A stretch of DNA of 64,000 nucleotides from Lewinellaceae bacterium (GCA_016712415.1 JADJRC010000015.1:43670-107669), one strand, 5' to 3'; shown: positions 30,559-43,748, counted from the stretch's first letter. Translations and numbers: made by a program. The notes: generated by a model from the sequence alone, not told the origin.

Positions 30559-32778
30559 ATGCCTTTAACGTTCGTGCTTCGGCTTTGCGGGGTATTGTCC
30601 CTGCCGCTTCGTTTGTGGAGCCTTGTTTTTTTTATTGTTTCGGGAGGAGTTTGGGAGTTGAGGGGGCAGTGTACGACAAATCTGTCCTTGACTGCAACAA
30701 ATTCTACAGGCACAACAGCTACATGGACAGCCCCGGCCTCTGGCGGTCCATGGATCGTTCAGATAACGGCTATGGGGGCAGGCGGCGGCGGAAACTCCGG
30801 CGGCGATCTTGGGGGCAGTGGAGCAACTATTAGTGGAATTTTTACTGTACAAGACGGCGAAACCTTATTGGCTATAGCCGGTGGGGCAGGAGAAAGTAAC
30901 AGCAACAACGGCGGCGGCGGCGGCGGCGGTTCAGGTGTGGTCAATTGCGGCAATCCTTCCGATTGCGCTAACGGGACCATTTTGTTGATTGCTGCTGGCG
31001 GCAACGGCGCGGAAGGCGATAATGACGGCTTGGGTGGTTCTGCACTTACGTCAGGTTCTGGCGATGGCGGTGTAGCGAATAATAGTTCAAATAGTGGCGG
31101 TGGCGGTGGCGGCTTGAACTCCCCAGGTGGGAATGGAACGTCAGGTTTCGGTGGTACCGCTATATCCAAAACGGGGTTGGCTACCGGTGGTGACGGCGTG
31201 GGAGGACCAGGAGACCCGGACGGCGGCGGCGGTATGGGCGGCGGCGGCGGCGGCGGAAGCAGCACATCCGAAGGCTCGGGCGGCGGAGCTGGACATACAG
31301 GGGCTACAGGCGGTAACACGCAGAATGCGTCTTCTTTTATTGATGCTTCGGGTGCACTGCAGTTCAGTAGTAATGGTTTGACGGGTGGTGGTTCTAATAA
31401 TGGATCGGTTACGATTCTTTGCCTGAGTGCGGTTTCCCAGGCAAACGACTGCAGCAATACGGTTGTCGTAAACCTTACCGGGCCTGGAGTTGCCGGTTGG
31501 AAGGCGCCAAGTACCGGAGGCCCCTGGCAGGTACAAATGGATGTAACGGGAGCCGGCGGAGGAAACTATAACCCAAGCGGATCAAATAATGACCGGGAAG
31601 GCGGCGGCGGGGCCACAATCAGTTCGACGTTTACGGTACAAAACAATCAGGTCCTGTTTGCCATTGCCGGTGGCGCAGGAACAGGTTCGGTAAATAATGC
31701 TGCGGGCGGCGGCGGCGGTTCTGGCGTAGTGAATTGCGATGTTACGGGGAATTGCGCAAGCGGGACGGTCCTCATCATTGCTGCCGGAGGTAACGGCGCT
31801 GAAATCGATGGCGCTAATGGCGATGGACAGGGAGGTTTATCTTCTGCAGGAGATGGCACGGGCGGAAGCGGCAATGGGGGAAACGGCGGCGGCGGCGGCG
31901 GCGGTAGGAATTCAGCGGGAGGCAATGGTGCAGATGGCGACGGTGGCGGTCAAGTTCCCTGACGGGGCTGTCTTCAGGAGGGGATGGGAATGGCAGCGGA
32001 GTAGATCCTGACGGCGGCGATGGCATGGGCGGCGGTGGAGGTGGTGGCAACGACACTGCCAACGGCTCGGGCGGCGGCGGCGGACATGAAGGCGGCGATG
32101 GAGGAACCTCAACAACCAATAGAGCACGTTCCTTTAATTCAGGAACACTGATTACCAGTAGCGACGGTACACTTGGCGCCGGCCCCTCAAATGGCACCAT
32201 CACCATTACTTGCCTCAGTCTCCCCCCGTCGAACTCATCAACTTCAAAGCGCTCATCCGCGACGACCAGACGGTCGATCTGCTTTGAGCACGGCCTCGGA
32301 AAAAAATAACCTGGGTTACGACGTGGAGCGCAGTGCCGACAACCAGAACTGGAAAACACTCGGCTTCGTGCCCGGAAACGGCACCACAACGGAACAACAC
32401 GAGTATGTTTTTACCGATGAAAAACCTTTTTCAGGGGTCAACTATTACCGCCTGAAACAACAGGATTACGACGGCAAATCGGAGTATTCACCTATCGTGG
32501 TAGCCGATATCCGTATGAACGGCCTGGACTTCGATATTTTCCCCAACCCGTCAGTCAGCGGCGAGCTCAACGTCCGGACGGTCAGCAAAGTTGAAGGCGA
32601 GGCATTGCTGGAGATATACGACTGGGTGGGTTACAAGGTGTACGAAGAGACGGTCCAACTGCTGAAAGGCACGATGGTTTACCCCGTCTCGATGGCAACT
32701 TTCCCGAAAGGCAGTTACACGGCCCGGCTTGAATTGCCCGACGGAACCCTGCTGTTCCGAAAAATCGTGTTGCAATAA
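30559..32778 (+). pseudogene. T9SS cargo paralog A: two tandem poly-glycine (Gly_rich-like) modules, an LPVEL-type beta domain and a T9SS CTD, with about 3 indels
   Basis: ORF 30559..31962 contains two copies of the pattern TWTAP.xGGPW.V...GAGGG...GATISxxFTVQ...AIAGGAG...GGGGGSGVVNC...C..GT.L.IAAGGNGAE. Frames switch near 31955, at the C6 run 32222-32227 and near 32288. The gene ends with ...FPNPSVSGELNV...LLFRKIVLQ. Confidence 0.7.
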
Positions 32779-32939
32779 ACCAGGAAGGAGCGGGGCTGCG
32801 ATTCTGCCTGACAAGCCCTGCTCCTTCCTTAAACCCGTATTGCTTGACCATTTTCGCCAAATCTCAATCTATTTACCCTATTCAAGTTATTTTGTTCCGA
32901 TATTTGCCATCTTGAATCAGCAAATATCATAAAACCCAT

Positions 32940-34366
32940 ATGCTCATGAAAAGCAACTTCTACCTGTTTACAGAATGGCCTGGTATTTCCAGAACCTTTG
33001 TATGGGGTCTGGCGACCATTCTTGCCGGCGGAATACTGCCGGCCAAAATGCAGGCACAATGCGACGGCGGCGCCGTCATCAATATTTCCGGCGCCGGTAC
33101 CGGCACCTGGACGGCCCCCTCGTCGGGCGGCCCGTTCACGATTTCCATTACGGCACTCGGTGCGGGTGGCGGTGATTCGGAAAACAACAACCAGGCGGCG
33201 GCGGCGCCGAAATGATCGGTGAGTTTGTTGTGCAGAACAGCCAGGTCATTTTTGCCATTTCAGGCGGCGCCGGTGTAAGCTCGGGTGTATTTGCCGGCGG
33301 CGGCGGCGGCGCTTCGGGTGTCGTCAACTGCGGTATTTCGGGCAATTGCGCGGCCGGCACGCTGCTTATCATGGCAGCAGGCGGCAATGGCGGCGAAGAA
33401 CAAGGTGATGGGCTTGGCGGTGCAGTTACCACAGGCCTCGGCGCCAGCGGCACCGGCGGCGGCGGCAATGGCGGCGGCGGCGGCGGCGGCTTGAACGGCG
33501 CCGGGCTCCCTGGTACGGGTAGTGATTTTGGCACCGGCGGTGGACAAGCTATATTTGTCGGCGTTACCGCAGGTGGTAACGGAGCCGGCGCCGTCGGTGG
33601 CCCGGCCGGCGGCAACGGCATGGGCGGCGGCGGCGGCGGCGGCAGCAGTAACAATACGGGCTCAGGTGGCGGTGCCGGCCATACGGGCGCTGCCGGTGGA
33701 AATGGTGCTGCTGCACAATCTTACAACATCGGAACCAATAAACAAAACACCCCCGGCGCTGCCGGCGCCGGACCTTCCGACGGGTCAGTCACTGTGATCT
33801 GTCTCGGCGCCCTGCCGGTAAAACTGACCGACTTCAAAGCGCTTATCCATTCGGAAGGCGTCCGGTTGTTCTGGAGTACGGCTACCGAAAAGGACAATCT
33901 GGGTTACGATATAGAGCGCAGCGGCGACAATCGCAACTGGACCACACTGGGCTTTGTGCCCGGCAACGGTACCTCTGCTTCGCCCAATACCTACGATTTT
34001 ATGGATCGCGATCCGCTTGCAGGGGTCAATTACTACCGCCTGAAACAAATGGATACCGATGGCAAGTACGAGTATTCTCCCATGGTTATTGCCGACGTAC
34101 GCGCCAATGCACTGTCGTTCGAGGTTTACCCCAACCCGTCCACAACAGGCGCTCTTACTTTCCGAACCGTTAGCCAGATCGATGGCGAAGCGTTGCTGGA
34201 GATGTTCGATTGGGTCGGCTATAAAGTGTACAAAGAGCAAATCCAGTTATTCCAGGGTACAATGGCGTATCCCGTTTCGATGGCGACCTATCCCAAAGGG
34301 ACTTACACCGCCCGTTTGGAAATGCCTGACGGCACGGTGCACTTCAGGAAAATCGTATTGCAATAA
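32940..34366 (+). CDS. T9SS cargo paralog B: one poly-glycine module, an LPV-type beta domain and a T9SS CTD, with one frameshift near 33193
   Basis: ORF 32940..33215 gives the signal peptide and CDGGAVINISGAGTGTWTAPSSGGPFTISITALGAGGG. ORF 33212..34366 continues with GEFVVQNSQVIFAISGGAG...GGGGGASGVVNCGISGNCAAGTLLIMAAGGNGG... and ends YPNPSTTGALTF...VHFRKIVLQ. Confidence 0.75.
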
Positions 34367-34626
34367 GAATCTCCTGTCTGGGTTTTCGGGTTGCCGCGCG
34401 CCTGGGTAGTGCATGGCAACCCGAACAGCCTGTGCCACTTGTGGCATCTGTGAAAATAGAGATGAAGGGTGTACCTTTTTGGCATAGTTTTGTCGGTAAA
34501 TTATACAACAAATTGGTTAAAACCATGAATAGGCGCAATCCATTGATTTAGTGGATTTTATGTTGTATGTGGGTTTCGGGAAATCTACGCGACGCTGAAC
34601 ATTTTATCTTCAAAACCGATTCAATC

Positions 34627-36196
34627 ATGAAAGTGATTCATTTTTATGCCCCTAAACGGGGTGCATTGGCTGTTTTTCATATTGGTAAATTGCTGCTGTT
34701 CATAACCGGATTTGTTGCCGGTGGTTTCCATGTACAGGCGCAATGCCCGGGTTCAGGGGTTACCCTGAGTTCACAGTCCGAAGTCAATAGTTTCGCTTCC
34801 GATTATCCCGGATGCACCATACTTCCGGTCAGTCTGACGATAAGCGGATCCGATATAACGAACCTCAACGGATTAAGTGTGTTGAATGAGTTTGATATAA
34901 ACACTACTGCCAGCCTGAGGATCGAAAGCAATCCGGTGCTGACTAATCTGTCCGGCTTGTCCGGTCTTTCCTTTATTCCGGGAGGGCTCACTATTTTTGA
35001 CAATGGGGCTTTGACGAATCTTAACGGCCTGAATAACATCACGTCCATAGGCTTTGAAGGCTGAATGTTGAGTCAATACACAGTTGACAAGCCTGTCTGC
35101 CTTGTCTGCCGTCACCAGTATCGGCGGCGACCTTTTACATAGCCTTCAACCCGGCGTTGACGTCTTTTGGCGGCGGCTTGAACCTTGTACCGAGCCTGGG
35201 TGGTATTTTGCAGATACAGAACAATAGCGCCATGACAACCTTGAACGGGCTTAATGCGCTCACAAGTGTCAGTCAATACCTCTTGATATCTTCCAATAAT
35301 AGTTTGACCTCTCTAAGCGGATTATCAAGCCTTGCATCCGTCGGGCAGAGCTTCGAAATATCCGGCAATGCTTCGATGACCACCCTGGGCGGCTTTACCA
35401 ACCTGACGACAGTTGGCGGCGACTTCAGTATTGAACAAAACGGCGCGCTGACTAACCTGAACCAACTGACCAACCTGTCGTCGATAGGGGGCAACCTTTC
35501 GATCAATTTCAACAGCCAACTCAGCAACTGCGCCGCACAAGGCATCTGTGATTATCTGGCGGCTCCAGCCGGCGCGATCCTGATCGGTGGCAATGCAGGC
35601 GCTTGCGTCAACCAGGCCGCGATCGAAGTCGCCTGCGGCCTGCTCCCCGTCGAGTTAATTGACTTTAAAGCGGTCATCCACCAGCACGACATACAACTCG
35701 TCTGGAGCACCGCCTCGGAGGAGGACAACCTTGGCTACAGTCTTCAGCGCAGCGCCGATGGACACGGCTGGTCGGAAATTGGTTTCGTGCAGGGCCAGGG
35801 CAGCGCGACCAAACAGTCGGACTATTCCTGGATGGATAAAAATCCGATTTCCGGAGTCAATTACTACCGGCTTAAACAAATGGACAGCGACGGCAAGTAT
35901 GAGTTCTCGCCGATCGTAGTGGCCGACATGCGCTCCACAGGTACGCAATTTGATATTTTCCCAATCCCTCGATTGACGGCGCCGTAAGTTTGCGGGCCAC
36001 TACTTCAACGGAGGGCTGGGCCTATCTGGAGGTCATGGACTCAAACGGCAAAAAAGTATATAATGAAAAAATCGGCTTCCCGGAAGGCACGGTGATCTAC
36101 CCGGTTTCGCTGACGGCATATCCCAAAGGTGTGTACACCGCCAGGCTTGAACTTCCTGACGGCCAGGTGCAATTCAACAAAATTGTGCTGCAATAG
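34627..36196 (+). pseudogene. T9SS cargo paralog C: leucine-rich/receptor-L-domain-like repeats replace the glycine module, with the same C-terminal cassette; about 4 indels
   Basis: Start MKVIHFYAPKRGALAVFHIGKLLLFITGFVAGGFHVQAQC. It has repeats of about 22-24 aa (..LTNLSGLSGLSFIPGGLTIFDNGALTNLNGLNNITSIG..). Frames break around 35060-35125 and near 35962. The gene ends FPNPSIDGAVSL...VQFNKIVLQ once corrected. Confidence 0.65.
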
Positions 36197-36316
36197 TCCG
36201 GAATTTACAAAAAAACAACATTACGAACCCTTCCACTGGCGATTTATCGTACATGGAAGGGTTTTATCTTTACGCCCGCATCTACATATTTCATATATTA
36301 AACAGGATCGAGGTCT

Positions 36317-37707
36317 ATGATGGCAACTGTTTACATCTTTAAAAGGTACTTAATATCCATTTTTTATTATTCCTGCTGCGCGGGAATGGCATCGTTTTCA
36401 ACGCTAAGTGCCCAGTGCAACAACAACACGGTGATGAATATAAGCGGCCCCGGCACGACGACCTGGACCGCACCGCAAACCGGGGGGCCGTTTTTTGTCC
36501 AGATCACCGCTACGGGCGGCGGCGGCGGCCCTATAACCCAACTGTTTTTTAACAACGGCGGTAACGGAGCGACAATGAGCGGCGTTTTCGTGGTCCAAAA
36601 CGGGAGACTATCCGGGCCATTGCGGGCGGCTTCGGCAAGTTTGCCACCCTGGAAGGCGCAGGCGCAGGTGGAGGATCGGGCGCCGTAAACTGCGGCAACC
36701 CTTCGGACTGCGCCAATGGCGAGATACTCATCATTGCAGCGGGCGGCAATGGCGGTGACCAAGTGGTTGGCCTGGGCGGTTCTGCTGCGACGAATGGCAG
36801 CGGCAACGGCGGGTTGGCCGGCGGCGACCCCTTGCACGAGCCCGACTGGGGTGGCGGCGGCGCGGTAAATAGCGGCGGCCAGAATTCCATCGGTTCAGGG
36901 GACAGGCGGTGGCCAGGTTTTTCTGACAGGCCTGTCGGCAGGCGGTGAAGGTAGCCGCACCCAGGTGCCCAACGATGGCGGCGCAGGCATGGGCGGGCGG
37001 CGGCGGCGGCGATTACGGCGCCGGTGGCGGCGGCGGCCATACGGGTGGCAACGGTGGCAACGGTTCCGAAGCGTCCTCTTTCAACTCGGGAGCCGACCAG
37101 GTCAATACCGACGGCGCCAATGGCGGGGGCAACAACCCGGGATCGGTGGTCGTGGTGTGTTTGGCCCTTTACCTGTCGAACTGGTTAACTTTAAGGCATT
37201 CATCCATGTCAGCCATGTCGGGTTGCACTGGAGCACGTCTACGGAAAAAGATAACCTGGGTTTTGAAGTTGAACGCAGTGCAGACGGCGCCAATTGGCAC
37301 ACCCTTGACTTTGTGCCGGGCAGCGGCACGAGCCTCTCATAAAACAGGTATTCCTTTTCGGACCATGACCCGTTTCCGGCGTGAACTACTACCGCCTGAA
37401 GCAAATCGATCATGACGGCGCCTTCGAATGCTCTCAATGGTGGTTGCTGATATTCGTACCGATGAACTGCAATTCAATTTTTCCCAGTCCGTCTACCGAT
37501 GGATTGACTAACTTCAGGGCTGTTAGCAGCCAGGAAGGTGCCGGGCTGCTGGAAATATTTGACTGGGCCGGCTACCGCATATCGCGAACCGGTACAATTA
37601 TTGAAGGGAACTATGGTGTACCCGGTCTCAATGGCCACATTTCCCAGGTACCTATACCCGCTCGTCTGGAACTGCCGGACGGGAGTACGTTTTTCAGAAA
37701 ATTGTAA
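36317..37707 (+). pseudogene. T9SS cargo paralog D (poly-glycine module), with many frame breaks
   Basis: The N-terminus MMATVYIFKRYLISIFYYSCCAGMASFSTLSAQCNNNTVMNISGPGTTTWTAPQTGGPFFVQITATGGGGG matches paralogs A and B. Downstream, family motifs (VNCGNPSDCANGEILIIAAGGNGG, GGGGHTGGNGGNGSEASSFNSG, NYYRLKQIDHDG) are scattered over all three frames. Confidence 0.6.
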
Positions 37708-37802
37708 TCAGTAGCCCATTTCAACATATTGGTTTTATTGATCTCTTCTGTCACTGCAACCGCCTGGCAGGGTAATATTATTTTCAGACTACCGATTGCC
37801 AT

Positions 37803-39269
37803 ATGACAAAACCGCAATACACCTTCTACTACTGGCTGTCCTGTTTTCCGGCCATTCACAGTGCGGGATCATTTTTCCACTGCACTGATCCTGGCCGGCA
37901 ATTTTCATGTTGTCGCGCAATGGCCAACAATTGCACTGAGCCCTGACAGGGCCCAATACGGCTTCCTGGACAGCACCTGCATCGGGTGGCCCTTTTTCGG
38001 TGCGGATCACCACCTCCGGCGGCTCCGGTGGAGCATATCTTGAAGCAAATCCGGATCGTGCCGGCGGTACTGGCGCTACCATGAGCGGTACGTTTGTCGT
38101 GCAGAACGGCGAGACGCTTTTTGCGATTGCCGGCGGCGGCGGGTTCCACTCGCAACTGGAAGGCGGCGGCGGCGGCGGCGGCTCCGGTGTCGTCAATTGC
38201 GGCAACCCATCCGATTGCGCAGGAGGAACGATCCTGACTCGTTGCTGCCGGCGGTAATGGCGGACAACTGGGCGGCCCCAACGGCGGCTTCGGCCTGGGG
38301 GGCTCTTCCGCAACAGACGGCGATGGAAATGGCGGCGTCATCTCACAACAGCGATGGCGGGCGGCGGCGGCGGCGCTATAAACGGACCGGACGGCCGCAT
38401 CGGGCGAGACGGCGGCGGCCAGGTCGCCATCGGGTCTGTCGCCCGGTGGAGAAGGGAAGCCGAAACCTGCTGAGCAATCCGCCTTCCGGCATCAACGACG
38501 CGGCGACGGCATGGGCGGCGGCGGCGGGCGGCGACGGCGCTACGATGGATAATGCAGCCGGCGGTGGCGGCGGTCATTCAGGCGGCGACGACGGCACCGC
38601 GGCATCTTCCTTTAATTCGGCTCGGCGCAGGCCACGTCCGGCACCATCGGCGGCGGCGGCAGCGGACCGCACAGCACCCCTGCATTCCCCGGCACGATCA
38701 CCGTCGTTTGCCTGCAGGCATTGCCGGTGCAACTGCTTGAGTTCAGGGCTGTAATTCAGCCGGAGTCCGTCAGTCTTCGATGGAAGACTGCTACCGAAAA
38801 GGATAATCTCGGCTTCGATATCGAGCTGGCAACGACGCCCTGCAACTGGCTCCGGTGGTTTTGTTCCGGGACATGGAACCAGCGCAACCGGGCATGAATA
38901 CCATTTTCATGATCAGTTTCCACAAAGGCATCAATTATTACCGGCTCAAACAGCAGGATTTTGATGGCGGCTTTGAATATTCTCCGATTGTTGTGGCCGA
39001 TATGCGTGCACATAACGTCAGGTTCGATGCATTTCCCAACCCCTTCAACTCAGGAACACTGAACTTCGAGCATTTTCGCCCTGGGAAGGCGCGGAGGCTC
39101 TTTGGAGATATTCGACTGGGCGGATACAAAGTGTGCAAAGAGACCCTGCATTTTTCGGAAGGCACGATCGTATGGCCGGTATCCTTGGCTAACTTCGAAA
39201 GGACCCTACACCGCCGACTCGGGCTGCCGGGCGGTAAGGGTCGTGTTCCGGAAAATACTTTTGCAATAA
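37803..39269 (+). pseudogene. T9SS cargo paralog E (poly-glycine module), with many frame breaks
   Basis: Family motifs appear in shifting frames: GGTGATMSGTFVVQNGETLFAIAGGGG, GGGGGGSGVVNCGNPSDCAGGTIL, INYYRLKQQDFDGGFEYSPIVVADMR, FPNPFNSGTLNF. The terminal ...FRKILLQ stop lies at 39267-39269. Confidence 0.55.
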
Positions 39270-39310
39270 TGCTAACGGCGTGCGTTTGCCGACCGTACCA
39301 TAAGTCTTCG

Positions 39311-42118
39311 TTATCGCCGCATGATAAACCGCATACCGTGTCCCCGGCCACCGGCCATTGAATTGAGCGCGTAGGTCAGTTTGACCATACCGTAGCGTCC
39401 GAGCGAAGCCAGGCGTTCGTCTTCTACATAATTGAGGCTGGCTGAGCGACGGATACCGACGTTCCGGGTTGAGCAGGTCGTGTATGGTAAGGGTGACTTG
39501 CAGGCGTTTGTTTTCATAAAAAACTTTGACACACCGGCATTTCCATACCGGTATAGCCTGGCCGTAACCTTCTCCAAGACCGCTGTATTTTGTTACGTCC
39601 AGGCCACTGTTCAGGTTGAAATTCAAGGAAGATCCAGGTCAAGTTCGGCATTCCAGATTGGTCAGGTAGTCCTGGTTGAACGCCTTGTCAAGCGAATAAA
39701 GCGTTTGGTTCCAGCGCAGTTCAGCCCCTGCATGCAGGTTGAACCATTCTTTGGGGGTGTAGTCCCACGACAGCGATTGCCGCAACTCCAGTCCGCTGGT
39801 GTAGTTTTCCCGGCTGTTGATGAAGTTTTGTCCGCGACTGAAGCCGATCTCGCTGTTCAGGTTGAAACGGCTGTCTATCTTTTCATGGAAGCCCGAGGGC
39901 AAATTTGCCGTTGATGAGGCGATAGTCGGCATCGACGTTCACCGGGCGGTAGTGCCGCACAAAATTCGAATCGACAGATTGTGCGTTCACAATGCGGTCG
40001 CTGGTGTAGGTAAAAAACAGGCCGCCGAAAAACCTGCGCATGGTTTCGGGGCTGAACGACATATAGTTCAGGTTGATATTGTGGGCATATTCCGGGCGCA
40101 GGTCGGGATTGCCTTCGGTGATGTTGAGCGGGTCGCTGACATCGGGCACCGGCTGGAGCTGCTGTACGTTCGGCGCATTGACGGCGGCAGTATAACCGAA
40201 CCGAAGGTTGCGATTCGGCAAACTGATACTGGAAATCCATACGCGGCAACAGGTGCCGGAATGACTGTCGAACGGGTTGCCCCTGGCCGGAAGTCACCCT
40301 CTCCTTCCAGCACAGCCGACTGTGCGTCGAGGCCGAAAGCCGCCGTTCCAGCCTTTTCGGTTGATGCGGAAACCCGCGCCGCCGCGGTGGTAACTGAAGG
40401 TGTTGGTATAGGCGTTTGAAAGCAGATCATTGAAATACCGCTCGCCGTTGGTCACGTTATACATCCTTGTCGGCGCGGTTGTCGGTGCGGAAATAGCCAT
40501 AGGTTACTTCAAAGGTAGCGGCGTTTGCCCAGCGGTTCGGTGAACGTGGCTTTTGCGCCTCAGTTACCGACGTCGTTTTTAAAAAACTGATCCTGGGCAA
40601 TGGTATCGGTGGAACCGGATTGTCCCCCGTCGGTGTAAAATGTATTCTTCGCAAGGCTGGTGCTTTCCGAGTCGTTGTTGTTTAACCCAAAAGTGAAGTT
40701 TGTGCTGAAATTTCGACCTTTTTTGGCGAATTTATGTCTGAACAGCACATTGCCGTTCAGGTTGGAGCCGGTAGCCAGGGAACGATAATCGCGGCTGCCT
40801 TCGTTGCGCAGCAGCATGTCGGGGCCGAAGGTTTGCGACGACGAGCCGGAAATAGCATCCCGGTCGGTGTAGATGAATGCGGTATTTACCTGAACGGAAT
40901 TGAACGAGTCCAGTTTCTGGTCGAGCGACAGGTTGAGCCGGTGATTGTTCGTCAGGTTATCGTTGTTGGTGTGTTCGGTTGTTGTAAAGTTGCCGCCGGG
41001 CAGGAAGGACTGGCGGGTACTGTTCCGGTCATAAATTTTATCGGCGTTGCTGAACATATAGCTCGTATTCAGATCGGATTTGGCGCCGAACTCCTGGTTG
41101 AAATTGAGTCCGCCTGCCCAGGTGCGCAGAAACCCCTGGTTGTCGCCGAAATCGAGCGGAATGCTGTTGTCGTCGGAGTTGAACTCCAGTTGTATGCGCC
41201 CGCCTCCGCCGCCCATCATCTGGCGCATGGCCCCGGAGAAAGCCATGTAGTCGTCGATGGAGAAACCGGCCTGGTTAATGTTGTTGCCCATGCCGAGTAT
41301 GGAGAGTTGCTGCCTGGGTTTGAATCGGTTGAGGCTGAGGTTGTTTTTCGTACCGCAAATCGCCCGGGTCGTCGGCGCCGGCGGCGGCAACCGCGCGGCC
41401 AAACCAGCCGTTCTTTTTATCCTCCTTGAGTTCGAGGTTGATCGTTTTTTCCCGCTGCCCGTCGTCGATGCCGCTAAATACGGCCTGGTCCGACTTTTTA
41501 TCATATACCTGTACCTTGTCGACAGCGTCGGCGGGCAGGTTTTTGGTGGCGAGTTTGGGGTCGTTTCCAAAGAATTTTTGCCGTCAACCATCACGTTTTT
41601 TACTTCCTCGCCTTGTGCGCGCACGGTGCCGTCGCGTTCCACTTCCACCCCGGGCAGTTTTTTTCAACAGATCCTCTACTACGGCGTTGTCTTTTACCTT
41701 GAACGACCCGGCGTTAAACTCAATCGTGTCCTGCCGGATGGTTACCGGGTTAGCTGCCCCTTTTGATCTCCACTTCGCCGAGCAGTTGTGACTGGAGTTG
41801 CATTTGCAACACCCCGAGGTCGACGGCGGGTGCAGTGCCGCTCAGTTGCACGGTTTTTTGAAGATTTTGGTACCCGAAATACGTACAACGCAGCAGATAA
41901 TCGCCTGCCGGCTGGTTTTTCAGTTCAAATGCGCCGGTATCGCCCGTTCGGGTAAATGCCTGGAGCGAACTGTCGGAGGCAGACAGCAGCATGACGTTGC
42001 CGCCTGCCAGGGGACTGCCGCAGTATCGACCAGGGCGCCGCGAATGGCGTATTTTGAGAAAAAGACAGAAAGGGAACAGCAACAATGCCGTAAAGAGGAT
42101 CAAAAATTTTGTGTTCAT
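39311..42118 (-). pseudogene. CarboxypepD_reg-like plus outer-membrane beta-barrel (TonB-dependent-receptor-like, OMP_b-brl_3-like) protein, heavily frameshifted
   Basis: Start MNTKFLILFTALLLFPFCLF at 42118. There is an N-terminal carboxypeptidase-regulatory-like segment, then plug-like text (EVERDGTVRAQGEEVKNVMVDGK). Barrel strands are spread over ORFs 40560..41648, 39883..40221, 39639..39932, 39189..39626 and 39311..39577 in different frames. Confidence 0.6.
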
Positions 42119-42312
42119 AACCTGTTTTCGATGAATGACCCGGCAAATGTCCGGGCGCCGTTCCCGAAACAGGTTAACTGACCTTGAAGGAAGGTTAAAA
42201 AAGGTTAATGGCATGGTACGACAGGTATCCGCCTGGGCCGGGATGACACCCGCTCGTTGCACGCGAATGACATCCCGCGCTAAAAATCTTCCCAAAACGT
42301 TTCCGCGTTTCG

Positions 42313-42320
42313 TACCTTTG
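42313..42320 (+). promoter_or_regulatory. Bacteroidota -7 promoter box TACCTTTG (TAnnTTTG consensus) upstream of ahcY
   Basis: Exact match to TAnnTTTG, 112 bp upstream of the ahcY ATG. The flanks cgTACCTTTGtgcgg are nearly identical to the box upstream of obg. Confidence 0.4.
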
Positions 42321-42431
42321 TGCGGTATTTTTGACAACCAAACAGAATGAAGTTTTGTTTGGGAAAAATATAGAGGCCCAATACCGAATAATTGCTGTCA
42401 ATTCACTACTCACCACTTACTACTCATTACA

Positions 42432-43748
<1,317 letters not shown>

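Noticed and set aside
30759-33654. Proline-rich minus-strand ORFs (for example 30759..31457, 31647..31925, 33148..33654) that might be read as extensin-like or PPE-like proteins.
   Set aside because: They are the reverse complement of GGC/GGT glycine codon runs (giving CCN/GCC = Pro/Ala). The + strand carries the conserved non-Gly anchor motifs, the signal peptides and the T9SS CTDs.
42119-42431. Possible SAH or SAM riboswitch in the roughly 100-nt leader upstream of ahcY.
   Set aside because: I could not find the conserved SAH-riboswitch pseudoknot core or any convincing conserved helices. The leader is G-poor, low-complexity CA/T-rich sequence (cactactcaccacttactactcattac).
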